This document shows positions 43,820-52,826 of a stretch of 54,193 nucleotides of DNA, piece by piece. The stretch's first letter is position 1; each line of letters starts with the position of its first letter. The translations under genes were made by a program, and so were the position numbers. The stretch is taken from positions 1 through 54,193 of the forward strand of contig JBBIJM010000006.1 of NCBI GenBank assembly GCA_037445955.1, written 5' to 3'. The notes under the pieces were generated by a model that was not told the origin of the DNA, ran no database searches, and was given only the letters and a program-made list of their open reading frames with translations. The stretch comes from Syntrophobacterales bacterium (GTDB lineage Bacteria > Desulfobacterota > Syntrophia > Syntrophales > CAMTWB01).

Positions 43820-44602
43820 CTACTGTCTGCCCCGGGAAACAAGGGCATAACGTTTATCCTGCCCGTCGAAGCGGACCAAACCCGCCCGCAGGGCGACCGC
43901 CAGATAACCGGATACGGCAAGATGGTCCGACTTGAGGGCGGAAACGATTTCAGCCGCCGAGCGGGGGCCCCCTCTCAGGTGCCCCATGATCCTGATCAGG
44001 GCGAGTTTCCCGCCGACCAGATCGTCGATGAGCCGCCGGACCTCCTTGCCGTCAAAGATCCTCTCCAGTTCCTCTTCCGATTTATAGGGGAAGGCGAACT
44101 TCTCAGCCAAGAGAAGCCTTAAGTAAGGCACCAGGAGGGATGTCTCCTCGATCCTCCTTTTGAGCTCCTCCGGATCTTCCCCTTCCCTTCTCCCCAGAGG
44201 CCCCAGCCGCTCGATCTCCGAGCACATCTCCTGCATGACCGCGGCGAAACGGATCCCTTCCCCCGCCGATACCCACTCGATCCTCAATCGCCGGGGATCG
44301 ACGCCGATCATCTCCAGGACCCTCTTAAGGAGGCAAACCATCCTCAAGGCGTCGTAGTTGCCGCCGGTTATATAATGGCAGTCACCCAGATGGCAGCCCC
44401 CGATGAAAACACCGTCCAATCCCCGAGCCAGGGCTCTCAAGATGTGGGCCGGATCGACCCGGCCCGAGCACATTACCCTCACCACCCTGAGATACGGGGG
44501 GTATTGAAAGCGCGAAACCCCGGCCAGATCCGCCCCGCCGTAGCAGCACCAGTTGCAAAGAAGCCCCAGGATCTTCGGTTTGTGTCCGTCATCCGCTCCC
44601 AT
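43820..44602 (-). CDS. bamF: MvhD-domain protein with C-terminal extension (BamF-like)
   Basis: ILGLLCNWCCYGGADLAG...VMCSGRV...GCHLGDCHY are MvhD/FlpD motifs. About 130 extra C-terminal residues end in a winged-helix-like segment (AAEIVSALKSDHLAVSGYLAVALRAGLV). Confidence 0.7.
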   Translation of the reverse strand: MGADDGHKPKILGLLCNWCCYGGADLAGVSRFQYPPYLRVVRVMCSGRVDPAHILRALARGLDGVFIGGCHLGDCHYITGGNYDALRMVCLLKRVLEMIGVDPRRLRIEWVSAGEGIRFAAVMQEMCSEIERLGPLGRREGEDPEELKRRIEETSLLVPYLRLLLAEKFAFPYKSEEELERIFDGKEVRRLIDDLVGGKLALIRIMGHLRGGPRSAAEIVSALKSDHLAVSGYLAVALRAGLVRFDGQDKRYALVSRGRQ

Positions 44603-44660
44603 ATGTCTAACCTTCCCCCTGTCGGCGATCTTACGCCCCGCCCCAAAGCGGCCGCATCCC

Positions 44661-47600
44661 CTAGGCCAGGGCGGCGTCGATCTGGCTTAGAAGCTCCTGA
44701 TCCGTATAGTGTTTCAATTTTATCGCCCCGGTGGGACACTTCGAGTTGCAAAGACCGTCGCCTTTGCAGAGGATCTGGATGACCCCGGCGCTAACCCCCC
44801 GCCCGGTCTTTCTAAACTCGACGGCCCCGTACGTACAGGCGTCCAGACACGCCCCGCAGGCGATGCAGGCCTCCTGGTCCACCTCGCAGACGGATCCCGA
44901 GGCGGTCACCGTATCGTTGGCAAGAAGGGTGATGGCCCTGCCGGCGGCCCCATAGGCCTGGCTGATCGCCTCGGGGAGATGTTTCGGATAATGGGCCGAC
45001 CCGCACAGAAAGATGCCTTCGGCGCCGAAATCAACCGGCCTCAGTTTGACATGGGCCTCCTGGAAGAATTCATCGGGCCCCAGGGCCAGTTTGAAAAGGC
45101 CGGAGAGCCCCTTCCTGTCGGCAGGGGGAACAACCGCCGCGGACAGGACGAGGAGATCCGCTTCCAGCTTTAGCCTTTTGCCCAAGATCAAATCGGTTAC
45201 GTAAACCTTTAAAACCCTTCGGCCGTCCTCTTCGACCGCCTCCACCTGCGGTTTATCCTCCGGTTCAAACCGGATGAATTTCACCTCTTTCGCCGCCGCC
45301 TCCCGGTAATAATCCTCCCGGAATCCGTAGGTCCGCATGTCCCGAAAGAGGATCGAGATATCAAGACCGGGGTTTAGCTCTTTCAATCTCAGGGCGTTTT
45401 TGACCGCCTGACTGCAGCAGATTCGGGAACAGTAGTTTCTCACCTCGTCCCGGCAGCCAACGCACTGGATCATGATCAGGCTCCCGGCGTTTGTCAATCC
45501 GTCATCGCCCCGGGCGATCCTCTCTTCCAGGGCGAGCTGGGTCATGATCCGGGGGTCCGTCCCGGCCAGATATTCGGTGGGGACGTATTCCTCGGCGCCG
45601 ACGGCAATCACCGTTGCCCCGTGTCTGATCTCTAAGGTCGTCCTTTGAGAGACGACCTTCGTGACAAAATTGCCCACGTAACCCGCGGCCTCGACAATCG
45701 CCGCCCCCGGATGGACGTGGATCAAGGGATGACGATAGACCTGAGCGATCAGTTCTTTCAAGTAATTCCGGACATCCAGACCTTCCAGGGTATAGTGGAG
45801 CCGCCGGGCGATCCCTCCTAGTTCCTCATCCTTCTCCACCAGATGGACCTCGTGCCCCTGCCGGGCGATGGAAAGGGCGCAGGTCATCCCCGAGATCCCC
45901 CCTCCTACGACCAGGGCGTTTTTGTTCACCGGCAGTTCGAATTCCTGCAAGGCCTCCAAGTGAAGGGAACGGGCCACCGACATCCGGATGAGATCCTTCG
46001 CCTTTTCCGTCGCCTCTTCCTTCTGCTTCGAATGGACCCAGGAACAATGCTCCCGGATATTGGCCATGTCGAAGAAATACTGATTGATCCCCGCCTCCCG
46101 GAGCGTATCCCGGAAGAGGGGCTCGTGGGTCCGGGGGGTGCAGGCGGCTACAATGACCCTGTTTAGGCCCTTCTCCCTGATCGATTGGGCGATCTGGGCC
46201 GCCGCATCGGTGGAGCAGATAAAGACGCTCTCCTCGGCGTGGACCACGTGGGGCAAGCTCCGGGAATAATCCACCGTAGAAGGCACATCGACCACCCGGC
46301 CGATGTTCGCCCCGCAATGGCACACATAAACCCCTACCCGGGGTTCCTCCCCGGAGACGTCCCGCTCCGGCGGATATACCCGGCCCCGGGCCAGTTTGCC
46401 CCGCCGGTAGTTGAGAAGCTCGCCGCAGAGGGAACCGGCGCCGCTTGCGCTAATTACCGCCTCGGGAATATCCATCGGCCCCTGGAAGGCGCCGCTTACA
46501 AAGATCCCCCGCCGGGAGGTTTCCATCGGTTTGATCGGATTTATCCCGCAGAAAAGGTGGGAATCAAGCTCAATACCCAGGCGCCGGGCCAGGTCCGCCA
46601 CTTCTTTCGGCGGGGTTAATCCTACCGACAGGACTACGAGATCGAATTCCTCCTCCTTCACCCCCCCGGCTTCGGCATACCGGAGGAGAAGATTCTTCGT
46701 TTCCGGGACCTCTCCCGCCAGATACGGGTAGCACCTCAGAAAGCGCACGCCGGAGAGACTCTCCGCCCGTCTGTAAAACCGCTCGAAATCCTTTCCGTAG
46801 GAGCGGATGTCGTTGTGGAAAACGGTGCACTCCGCTTCGGCGTCATGATCCTTGGTCAGGATGACCTGCTTCTGGGTATAGGTACAGCAGACGGCGGAAC
46901 AGTAGCCGTTTCCCCCGCCTGATGTCTGTCTCGAACCTACGCACTGGATCCAGGCGATCTTATGGGGATGTCTCCCGTCGGACGGGCGGAGCAGCTCCCC
47001 TTCGTAAGGTCCGGTGGCGCAGAGGATCCGTTCGTAATCCAGGCTCGTCACCACGTTTTCATACCGGCCGTATCCGTATTCCTCCTGCCTTCCCGGGTCG
47101 AAAGGTTCAAACCCCGGGGCCAGAAGGACGGCGCCGACTTTCACCCGCACCCTTTCGGCGGTCTGATTGAAATCGATCGCGTCGTTCTCGCAGACCGCCT
47201 GACAGATCCGGCACTTCTTCTCCTTGAGATAAAGACAGCTCTCGTCGATGTAGGTCACCAGGGGAATCGCCTGGGCGAAGTAGATATGGACCGCCTTATT
47301 CCTGGAGAGCTCCTGGTTGAACCGGTCGGGATATTTTACCGGGCAGTATTCGACGCAGGTGGTGCAGCCGGTGCATTTCCCCTCCAGTACGTACCTGGGT
47401 TTCCTGATCAGGGTAACGGTAAAGTTGCCCGCCTCCCCCTCGAGGGCCTCCACCTCGGTATACGTCAGGATCTCGATGTTGGGATGGCGATGGCACTCGA
47501 CAAATTTGGGCGACTCGATGCACATGGAGCAGTCGTTGGTGGGAAAGGTCTTGTCGAGCTGGGCCATGTGGCCGCCTATCGTAGGCGACCTGTCCACCAG

Positions 47601-47735
47601 GCAGACCTTGAAGCCTGCGGCGGCCAGATCGAGAGAGGCCTGGATCCCGCTGATGCCGCCGCCGATGACCATGACGTCGCTGTAGTCGCCCCGGGGAAGA
47701 TCCCGCCTGAGTTCGACAATCTTTCCTTCTTCCAC
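44661..47735 (-). CDS. bamE: Double-module HdrA-like FAD/Fe-S oxidoreductase (BamE-like)
   Basis: 1024 aa, GTG start with GGGGAG RBS. Two dinucleotide-binding starts (VMVIGGGISGIQASLDLA and ALVVGGGISGMTCALSIA), the HdrA motif DKTFPTNDCSMC, several 4Fe-4S motifs and a C-terminal 2x[4Fe-4S] ferredoxin domain. Confidence 0.75.
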   Translation of the reverse strand: MEEGKIVELRRDLPRGDYSDVMVIGGGISGIQASLDLAAAGFKVCLVDRSPTIGGHMAQLDKTFPTNDCSMCIESPKFVECHRHPNIEILTYTEVEALEGEAGNFTVTLIRKPRYVLEGKCTGCTTCVEYCPVKYPDRFNQELSRNKAVHIYFAQAIPLVTYIDESCLYLKEKKCRICQAVCENDAIDFNQTAERVRVKVGAVLLAPGFEPFDPGRQEEYGYGRYENVVTSLDYERILCATGPYEGELLRPSDGRHPHKIAWIQCVGSRQTSGGGNGYCSAVCCTYTQKQVILTKDHDAEAECTVFHNDIRSYGKDFERFYRRAESLSGVRFLRCYPYLAGEVPETKNLLLRYAEAGGVKEEEFDLVVLSVGLTPPKEVADLARRLGIELDSHLFCGINPIKPMETSRRGIFVSGAFQGPMDIPEAVISASGAGSLCGELLNYRRGKLARGRVYPPERDVSGEEPRVGVYVCHCGANIGRVVDVPSTVDYSRSLPHVVHAEESVFICSTDAAAQIAQSIREKGLNRVIVAACTPRTHEPLFRDTLREAGINQYFFDMANIREHCSWVHSKQKEEATEKAKDLIRMSVARSLHLEALQEFELPVNKNALVVGGGISGMTCALSIARQGHEVHLVEKDEELGGIARRLHYTLEGLDVRNYLKELIAQVYRHPLIHVHPGAAIVEAAGYVGNFVTKVVSQRTTLEIRHGATVIAVGAEEYVPTEYLAGTDPRIMTQLALEERIARGDDGLTNAGSLIMIQCVGCRDEVRNYCSRICCSQAVKNALRLKELNPGLDISILFRDMRTYGFREDYYREAAAKEVKFIRFEPEDKPQVEAVEEDGRRVLKVYVTDLILGKRLKLEADLLVLSAAVVPPADRKGLSGLFKLALGPDEFFQEAHVKLRPVDFGAEGIFLCGSAHYPKHLPEAISQAYGAAGRAITLLANDTVTASGSVCEVDQEACIACGACLDACTYGAVEFRKTGRGVSAGVIQILCKGDGLCNSKCPTGAIKLKHYTDQELLSQIDAALA

Positions 47736-47768
47736 TATTCTCCCCTCGCTTCCGGTTGGGCTTCTAAA

Positions 47769-48920
47769 TCAGATGACCGCCTCCAGGATCTCCGCCAGGT
47801 CTTTGATCTCCAGCTCTTCCGCCAGATTCAGGATCAACCTGCTGTCTTCAAAATTGGTGATACAGTAGGGGCAGCAGGTGGCAAGCACCTGGGCACCGGC
47901 CTGGGCGGCCTGTTTGATCCTAAGATCGGAGAACCTCTCCCCTTTGGGCGTCTCCATCCAGATCCTTCCCCCTCCCCCGCCGCAGCAGAGAGCACCGGAC
48001 CGGGACTCGACAAACTCGATAAGTTCGAGGCCCGCAATCGCCTTAAGCACCCTCCGGGGTTCGTCATAAAGGCCATTGTGGCGGCCGAGATAGCAGGGGT
48101 CATGGTAGATCACCCTTTTTTCGTAGGCCTTTTCGATCTTGAGCCGCCCCTGCGAGATCAGCCCGAAGAAGAATTGGGCAAGGTGGACCACCTCGAATCT
48201 AACCATGAACTCGGGATACTCGTTTTTCAGGGTATGGAGGCAGTGGGGCGAGGAGACGAGGATCTTTTTCACCCCGGAATCGATGAAGGTCTTGATGTTT
48301 TCCTTGCCCAGGTGTTTGAAGAGATCCTCATCGCCGGTCTTGCGGATACTCTCGCCGCAGCAGTTCTCCCGCTCGCCCAGGATGCCGAAATTTACCCCCG
48401 CGGCGGTTAAAACCCCGGCGACGGCCCGGGCGACCTTCTTGAGCCTCCCGTCGTAGCTTAAATAGCAGCAAGGGAGATAGAGGTATTCGGTTCCTTCGGT
48501 AAAGGCCGGCACAGCGATTCCCTCGGCCCATTTCGCCCGCTTCTGCCTCTCTTCGTTTAGAGGGTTTCCTTCGCCTGCCAGGCTTCCCGCCGCGGTGCGC
48601 AAGGGACGGGCCGGGGCGGGAAAGACGCCGTAGTCCGTGGCGATCCGCCGCAGGGCCACGGTATCTTCGATCTGCCTCACCTCCCGGGGGCACTTTTCCG
48701 GGCAGCTACCGCAGGTGGTGCACCGCCAAAGGTCTTCCTTCTCTATCTCCGTCAGGCCGAAGGCCGCCTCCCGGATCAGCCGTCTCATACTGAACGGTAT
48801 CACCCGGTTCCAGGGGCAGACCGAATCGCATTTCCCGCACTGATAGCAGAATTTGACCGCCTCTCCGCCCTTCTGCCTGATCTCCTCGACGATCTCTCTT
48901 ATCGGGGCAACAGTTTCCAC
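47769..48920 (-). CDS. bamD: HdrD-like Fe-S protein (HdrC-type 2x[4Fe-4S] plus two CCG domains; BamD-like)
   Basis: CYQCGKCDSVCP and CTTCGSCPEKCP. CCG motifs ...NCCGES... and ...LCCGGGGG.... Confidence 0.75.
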   Translation of the reverse strand: METVAPIREIVEEIRQKGGEAVKFCYQCGKCDSVCPWNRVIPFSMRRLIREAAFGLTEIEKEDLWRCTTCGSCPEKCPREVRQIEDTVALRRIATDYGVFPAPARPLRTAAGSLAGEGNPLNEERQKRAKWAEGIAVPAFTEGTEYLYLPCCYLSYDGRLKKVARAVAGVLTAAGVNFGILGERENCCGESIRKTGDEDLFKHLGKENIKTFIDSGVKKILVSSPHCLHTLKNEYPEFMVRFEVVHLAQFFFGLISQGRLKIEKAYEKRVIYHDPCYLGRHNGLYDEPRRVLKAIAGLELIEFVESRSGALCCGGGGGRIWMETPKGERFSDLRIKQAAQAGAQVLATCCPYCITNFEDSRLILNLAEELEIKDLAEILEAVI

Positions 48921-48946
48921 GATAATCCCCTCTCTTAAACCTCAGA

Positions 48947-49486
48947 TCATCCCTTTTTGGCCATCCGGGCCACGGCGTCGGCCACCTGGCCCAGCCCGAA
49001 TTTATTGACCAGCGCCTCGATCCCGGTCTCCATCTCTTCCGGCCCGGCCTCTTCTTCAATCTCCTCTTCCCTTTCCTCGTAGGAGAGGGCATCCGCCAGA
49101 CACCACCGGACGCACAACGGTTCCTCCTGAGGGGGGTCGTCTTCGCACATATCGCACTTAAGCGGCAGACCGGAATCGGGTTCCTTGAAAACGTCCCGGG
49201 AGGGGCAGGAGGCCCGGCAGAGGTCGCATTCGCCGTATTCCTTCCCGTCGATTACGTACCTGTCCCGGCCCATACATTCCGAGGCGGTATAGTGACCGGC
49301 ATAAACGGGAAGATAGACGTCCTTTATCGGGTCGCGAACCAGCCTTATCCGGGCCCGGGCGGGATTGATGCCGCTGTATCTGGGGGTTGCATGAAAGGCG
49401 GAACAGATGACCTCGCAGGCCCGGCAGCCGTTGCACTTGTCCGTATCGATCCGGATCACCTTGACTTTTTTCTTTGCCTTAGCCAT
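48947..49486 (-). CDS. bamC: Poly-[4Fe-4S] ferredoxin-like subunit (BamC-like)
   Basis: 179 aa. CNGCRACEVIC, CDLCRASCP, CDMCEDD...CVRWC. Start overlaps the stop of the AOR-family gene by 8 nt. Confidence 0.7.
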   Translation of the reverse strand: MAKAKKKVKVIRIDTDKCNGCRACEVICSAFHATPRYSGINPARARIRLVRDPIKDVYLPVYAGHYTASECMGRDRYVIDGKEYGECDLCRASCPSRDVFKEPDSGLPLKCDMCEDDPPQEEPLCVRWCLADALSYEEREEEIEEEAGPEEMETGIEALVNKFGLGQVADAVARMAKKG

Positions 49487-51440
49487 TTTTTATGATCCCC
49501 CTCTTTTCGAAATCTTCTCTCACATAGTCCAAATCCAGGGACTCGAGGGACTCTTTCGTAGGGATGCCGTCATTGTCCCAGCCTTTGAATCGGTAATACT
49601 CATCCAGAAGCTTCGCCTCAAGCTCGGGGAATCGGTTCTTCCAATGGTTCTCCGGGGGTTTCTCGTCGGACCGCCGCATCCCTCTCCTTACATTGATCGC
49701 CCGAACCAGGGTGCGATTCCTCCGCATTATCCTCTTGAATCCCTCCTCGTCGATGGCAAGCCCCGTCGCGGCGGAGGCGAAAGCGGGGAAATTATGGATA
49801 TGATACGGAGGCTTCAGGGGAAACGACGACAGACCGGCGCACACCCCCAGGGTATCATCGGCGTAATGCATCATCTCCTGCCAATCGACGATCTCGCAGG
49901 TCCCAGAGACGCTGGGATAGTGGGGGATGGAACGTTCCCCCCGGGGCTCCCACTCGAGGAGGTAGTGTTTGAACCGGTCGTCGGGCACCTGGAACCAGTC
50001 CCGGACGAAATTCTCCCGCTCCTCCTTCGTGAGGAAAGGCGCCTGGGGGAACTGGCCCTCGATCTGGGTGATGTTGATCTTTTCCCCGGTCGCATACATG
50101 AGAAAGTAGATGGGGTTCAACATGGAGAGTTTGAGGGGAAGCTGTTCGTGCTTCTTGATCGTGTTGTGGGCAAAGGCCTCCGCCCCCTTGCCGATCTTCC
50201 GGGCCGCCCAGTAGGTGCCGTCGGCCAGGGCATCCCCTATGCCATCCCTTCTTACGATCTTATCTAAGAGATAGAAGAATCTCTCTTCGTTGGCCTCAGG
50301 CAGTCCGGGCAGATCCTCTCCGGTCAAGATGCCCGCCTCATAGAGCTCCAGGGCAAACGCCATCACCTGGGGGGTCGAGTAACCGTCCAGGCCGTATTCG
50401 GTAGCCCGCTGGGCGATCCGGAAACCGAAATCCAGATCGGACATGGCCGCCATGGTGTAGGTGAGCTTCGAGAAGCATTTCATCATGTAGGGGGAAAGGC
50501 CGGGGATTGAGATGACGGCCCCGCATTTCATCGGACAGTTGTAACAACTGATCAGCCGTTTCCGGGACTTCTCCATTGTTTCCGTCCAGGCCTTCTCCAC
50601 CTCCTGGGTCCAGAAGTTTTTTCGCCGGTGACGGGAGTTTCCCCACATGAAGTTTTCCGTATGCCACTTCTCGTCGTGGACGACCATCTCCTGGGGGGAG
50701 CCGAGGCCGGCCAAAATGGGCATCACCCCGGGGACGGGGTTGTCGTTTCGCCACTTTATATAGCTCAGCACCTCGCTGCACAGCTCAAAGAATTCAGGCG
50801 GGCGGGCGATGTTCACATCTTTCGTACCGCGCACCGCCACGGCCTTGATCCGCTTGTCTCCCATTATCGCCCCGAGCCCGCCCCGGCTGGCGCTGGACCT
50901 GCCGTGCTCGATGGAGGCGAAAAAGACCCGGCTCTCCCCGGCCAGACCGATCGCCGCCACCTGGGCCTGAGGTTCTTTGAGTTCCGCCTGGATGAGCGCG
51001 GCGGTTTCTATCGCCCCTTTCCCCTGAAGGTGGGCGGCGTCGCGCAGCTCGACCCTGTCGTTGTTGATCCAGAGATAGACCAGACCGGGGGACTTCCCCT
51101 TAAAGATCACCTTATCGTAACCGGCGTATTTGAGTTCCGGGGCAAAAAAGCCCCCCATCATCGAAAAGGCCAGGAGCTTCGTCTGGGGGGAAAAGGACGA
51201 GATAATCGTCCGGTTGGCCCCGGGGGCCGGGGTTCCCCCCAAGAGACCGGCGGAGATGACCAGGACGTTCTCCGGGGAAAAGGGGTCCGTCTCCGGGGGA
51301 ACCAAGTCCCATAAGAGCCGTGCGTTGGTTCCCAGCCCGCCCAGATGGAGCTCGGTCAATTTCGGATCCGTCGCCACCCTCTTGATGCTTCCCCGGGCGA
51401 GATCGATTTCCAGATTGAAACCTGTCTCTGCGTACCTCAT
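49479..51440 (-). CDS. bamB: Aldehyde:ferredoxin oxidoreductase-family tungstopterin enzyme (BamB-like benzoyl-CoA reductase active-site subunit)
   Basis: 653 aa. AOR-family N-domain (LGGLGTNARLLWD) and large pterin-binding domains. First gene of an eight-gene row colinear with bamBCDEFGHI. Confidence 0.7.
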   Translation of the reverse strand: MRYAETGFNLEIDLARGSIKRVATDPKLTELHLGGLGTNARLLWDLVPPETDPFSPENVLVISAGLLGGTPAPGANRTIISSFSPQTKLLAFSMMGGFFAPELKYAGYDKVIFKGKSPGLVYLWINNDRVELRDAAHLQGKGAIETAALIQAELKEPQAQVAAIGLAGESRVFFASIEHGRSSASRGGLGAIMGDKRIKAVAVRGTKDVNIARPPEFFELCSEVLSYIKWRNDNPVPGVMPILAGLGSPQEMVVHDEKWHTENFMWGNSRHRRKNFWTQEVEKAWTETMEKSRKRLISCYNCPMKCGAVISIPGLSPYMMKCFSKLTYTMAAMSDLDFGFRIAQRATEYGLDGYSTPQVMAFALELYEAGILTGEDLPGLPEANEERFFYLLDKIVRRDGIGDALADGTYWAARKIGKGAEAFAHNTIKKHEQLPLKLSMLNPIYFLMYATGEKINITQIEGQFPQAPFLTKEERENFVRDWFQVPDDRFKHYLLEWEPRGERSIPHYPSVSGTCEIVDWQEMMHYADDTLGVCAGLSSFPLKPPYHIHNFPAFASAATGLAIDEEGFKRIMRRNRTLVRAINVRRGMRRSDEKPPENHWKNRFPELEAKLLDEYYRFKGWDNDGIPTKESLESLDLDYVREDFEKRGIIKNG

Positions 51441-51588
51441 ATGCTCGCTCCACTTTTCTCTTCAGGTCGTTTATGGCCGGACGGCTAAAATTCCGGCGGC
51501 CCATCGGGCGTTGGCCCTTAAGACTTGTTCCCTGGCCTGCCCTTAGCCCTGTCCGGGCGGACATATTACGCTGCCCGGGGGGGCCGGG

Positions 51589-51602
51589 AATGTAGCTACA
51601 TT
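51589..51602. promoter_or_regulatory. Perfect 14-bp palindrome AATGTAGCTACATT in the bamB leader (candidate operator)
   Basis: Self-complementary over all 14 nt. Lies about 150 nt upstream of the bamB ATG and just downstream of the candidate promoter. Confidence 0.4.
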
Positions 51603-51613
51603 ATGACTATAGG

Positions 51614-51642
51614 CATTAAATATCAGCGGATACTTTTGTCAA
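51614..51642 (-). promoter_or_regulatory. Candidate promoter of the bam-like operon
   Basis: Minus strand: TTGACA (51642..51637), then 16-17 nt, then TTTAAT/TTAATG (about 51620..51614). Good -35 but mediocre -10. Confidence 0.3.
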
Positions 51643-51697
51643 GTATTTTTTTATCGCAGAGAATTGACTTGATTGCCGGTCAGGGGGGAAATACGTA

Positions 51698-51729
51698 CCG
51701 GCGGGGATAGAAAACCGCCTCCCCGCCGG
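51698..51729 (-). terminator. Hairpin terminator downstream of dfx
   Basis: 10-bp arms CCGGCGGGGA (51698..51707) and TCCCCGCCGG (51720..51729), followed on the minus-strand transcript by UACGUAUUUCC. Confidence 0.55.
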
Positions 51730-51765
51730 TCGCCGTCATCACCTGGTTTTGGCGAAAACCGTCTT

Positions 51766-52140
51766 TCAGTTTTTCCAGAGTCCGTGAAGGTTGCAGTACT
51801 CCCGGGCGGTAATCTCTTTGGCGTCGCTTGGAAAAACCGCCTCCGGGTCGCAGCCGGGCTTGAGGAACTTACGGCAGGCCAGACCGTCTGCGATGATCTC
51901 CACCCATTCGATGTAGTGTTTTTCTTCCATCGGATGGGCAGCGCTTCCCACCGTCACCTTGAAACCCCCGGCGACCTTTTCGACCACCGGAACATGTTTC
52001 TCCCGGGAGGCATCCACGGTGTTTTCGACGCAGAGCTTCATCGGCTGACCGCAGCAAATCATGCCCCCCTTCCCTTCGTGAACCATCTCGACCATGTTGC
52101 CGCAGATATCACATTTATAGATCTCCAGTTTCTTCGTCAT
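51766..52140 (-). CDS. dfx: Desulfoferrodoxin (2Fe superoxide reductase)
   Basis: Start at ATG 52140 (RBS GGGGAGAA). N-terminal desulforedoxin motif [13 protein letters not shown]...CCG. The C-terminal SOR domain contains EKHVPV and [11 protein letters not shown]. Confidence 0.9.
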   Translation of the reverse strand: MTKKLEIYKCDICGNMVEMVHEGKGGMICCGQPMKLCVENTVDASREKHVPVVEKVAGGFKVTVGSAAHPMEEKHYIEWVEIIADGLACRKFLKPGCDPEAVFPSDAKEITAREYCNLHGLWKN

Positions 52141-52196
52141 GTCCGTTCTCCCCATTTATCATTTAGAGTGTTTGTTTTCGGCGGGCGATCAGCCCG

Positions 52197-52814
52197 TTAT
52201 CCGACATAGTCCTCGTAAACCTTCCCCACCAGGCCGACTGAGGGTTTGAGGGTCTTGTCGCCCTGTTTCTGCCACTTGGCCGGGCAGCCCTCGTTGGCAT
52301 GTTCGGCAAGGTAGATGTTCGCCTTGACCTTCCGCACCATCTCCTCGATGTTCCGGCCCAGGTTATAGAAGTTGACCTCGGAGTTGAGGAGCTTGCCCTC
52401 GGGACTGATGATAAAGGTTCCCCGCAGGGCGAAACCGGTGTCTTCGTCGTAAACGCCGAACATGTCTGAGAGCTCTCCCGTCGGGTCCGCCCCCATGGGG
52501 AACTTGACATCTTTGAGCATCTTCTCATCTCGCTGCCAGGCGAGCTGAACGAACTTCGAATCGGTGCTTACGCTGATAACCTCGGCCCCATAAGCCTTCA
52601 ATTTTTCATACTCCTCGGCCAGGGCGGCAAATTCGGTGGCGCAAACGAAGGTGAAGGCGGCGGGATAGAAGAAAAGCACCGTCCAGCGTTTGTCCGCCTT
52701 CAGCCTCTCCAGGCTTACCTCGCCAAAATCCCCCCTTACCGGCTCAAAGGTGTCTATTTTAAAATCGGGCACCTCCTGACCAACTTTCAGTCCGCAACAA
52801 CACATCTCTTCCAT
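52197..52814 (-). CDS. AhpC/TSA-family peroxiredoxin
   Basis: FFYPAAFTFVCATE peroxidatic-Cys region. The second ATG (52814) has better spacing to AAGGAGG than the track start 52820. The N-terminus contains a CCC triplet. Confidence 0.85.
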   Translation of the reverse strand: MEEMCCCGLKVGQEVPDFKIDTFEPVRGDFGEVSLERLKADKRWTVLFFYPAAFTFVCATEFAALAEEYEKLKAYGAEVISVSTDSKFVQLAWQRDEKMLKDVKFPMGADPTGELSDMFGVYDEDTGFALRGTFIISPEGKLLNSEVNFYNLGRNIEEMVRKVKANIYLAEHANEGCPAKWQKQGDKTLKPSVGLVGKVYEDYVG

Positions 52815-52826
52815 TTTCATACCTCC

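Noticed and set aside
46962-48410. 482-aa plus-strand ORF across the bamE/bamD junction
   Set aside because: It is antisense to two genes with clear Fe-S/FAD motifs, spans their intergenic gap, and has low-complexity composition.
49407-51314. 286-aa and 228-aa plus-strand ORFs opposite the AOR-family gene
   Set aside because: They are antisense shadows with no recognisable domains and biased composition.
51480-51560. Possible sigma54 (GG-N10-GC) promoter in the bamB leader
   Set aside because: The only TGGC-like string (TTGGCCCTTAAGACTTGT) is on the wrong strand for the operon, and the GC element is out of register.
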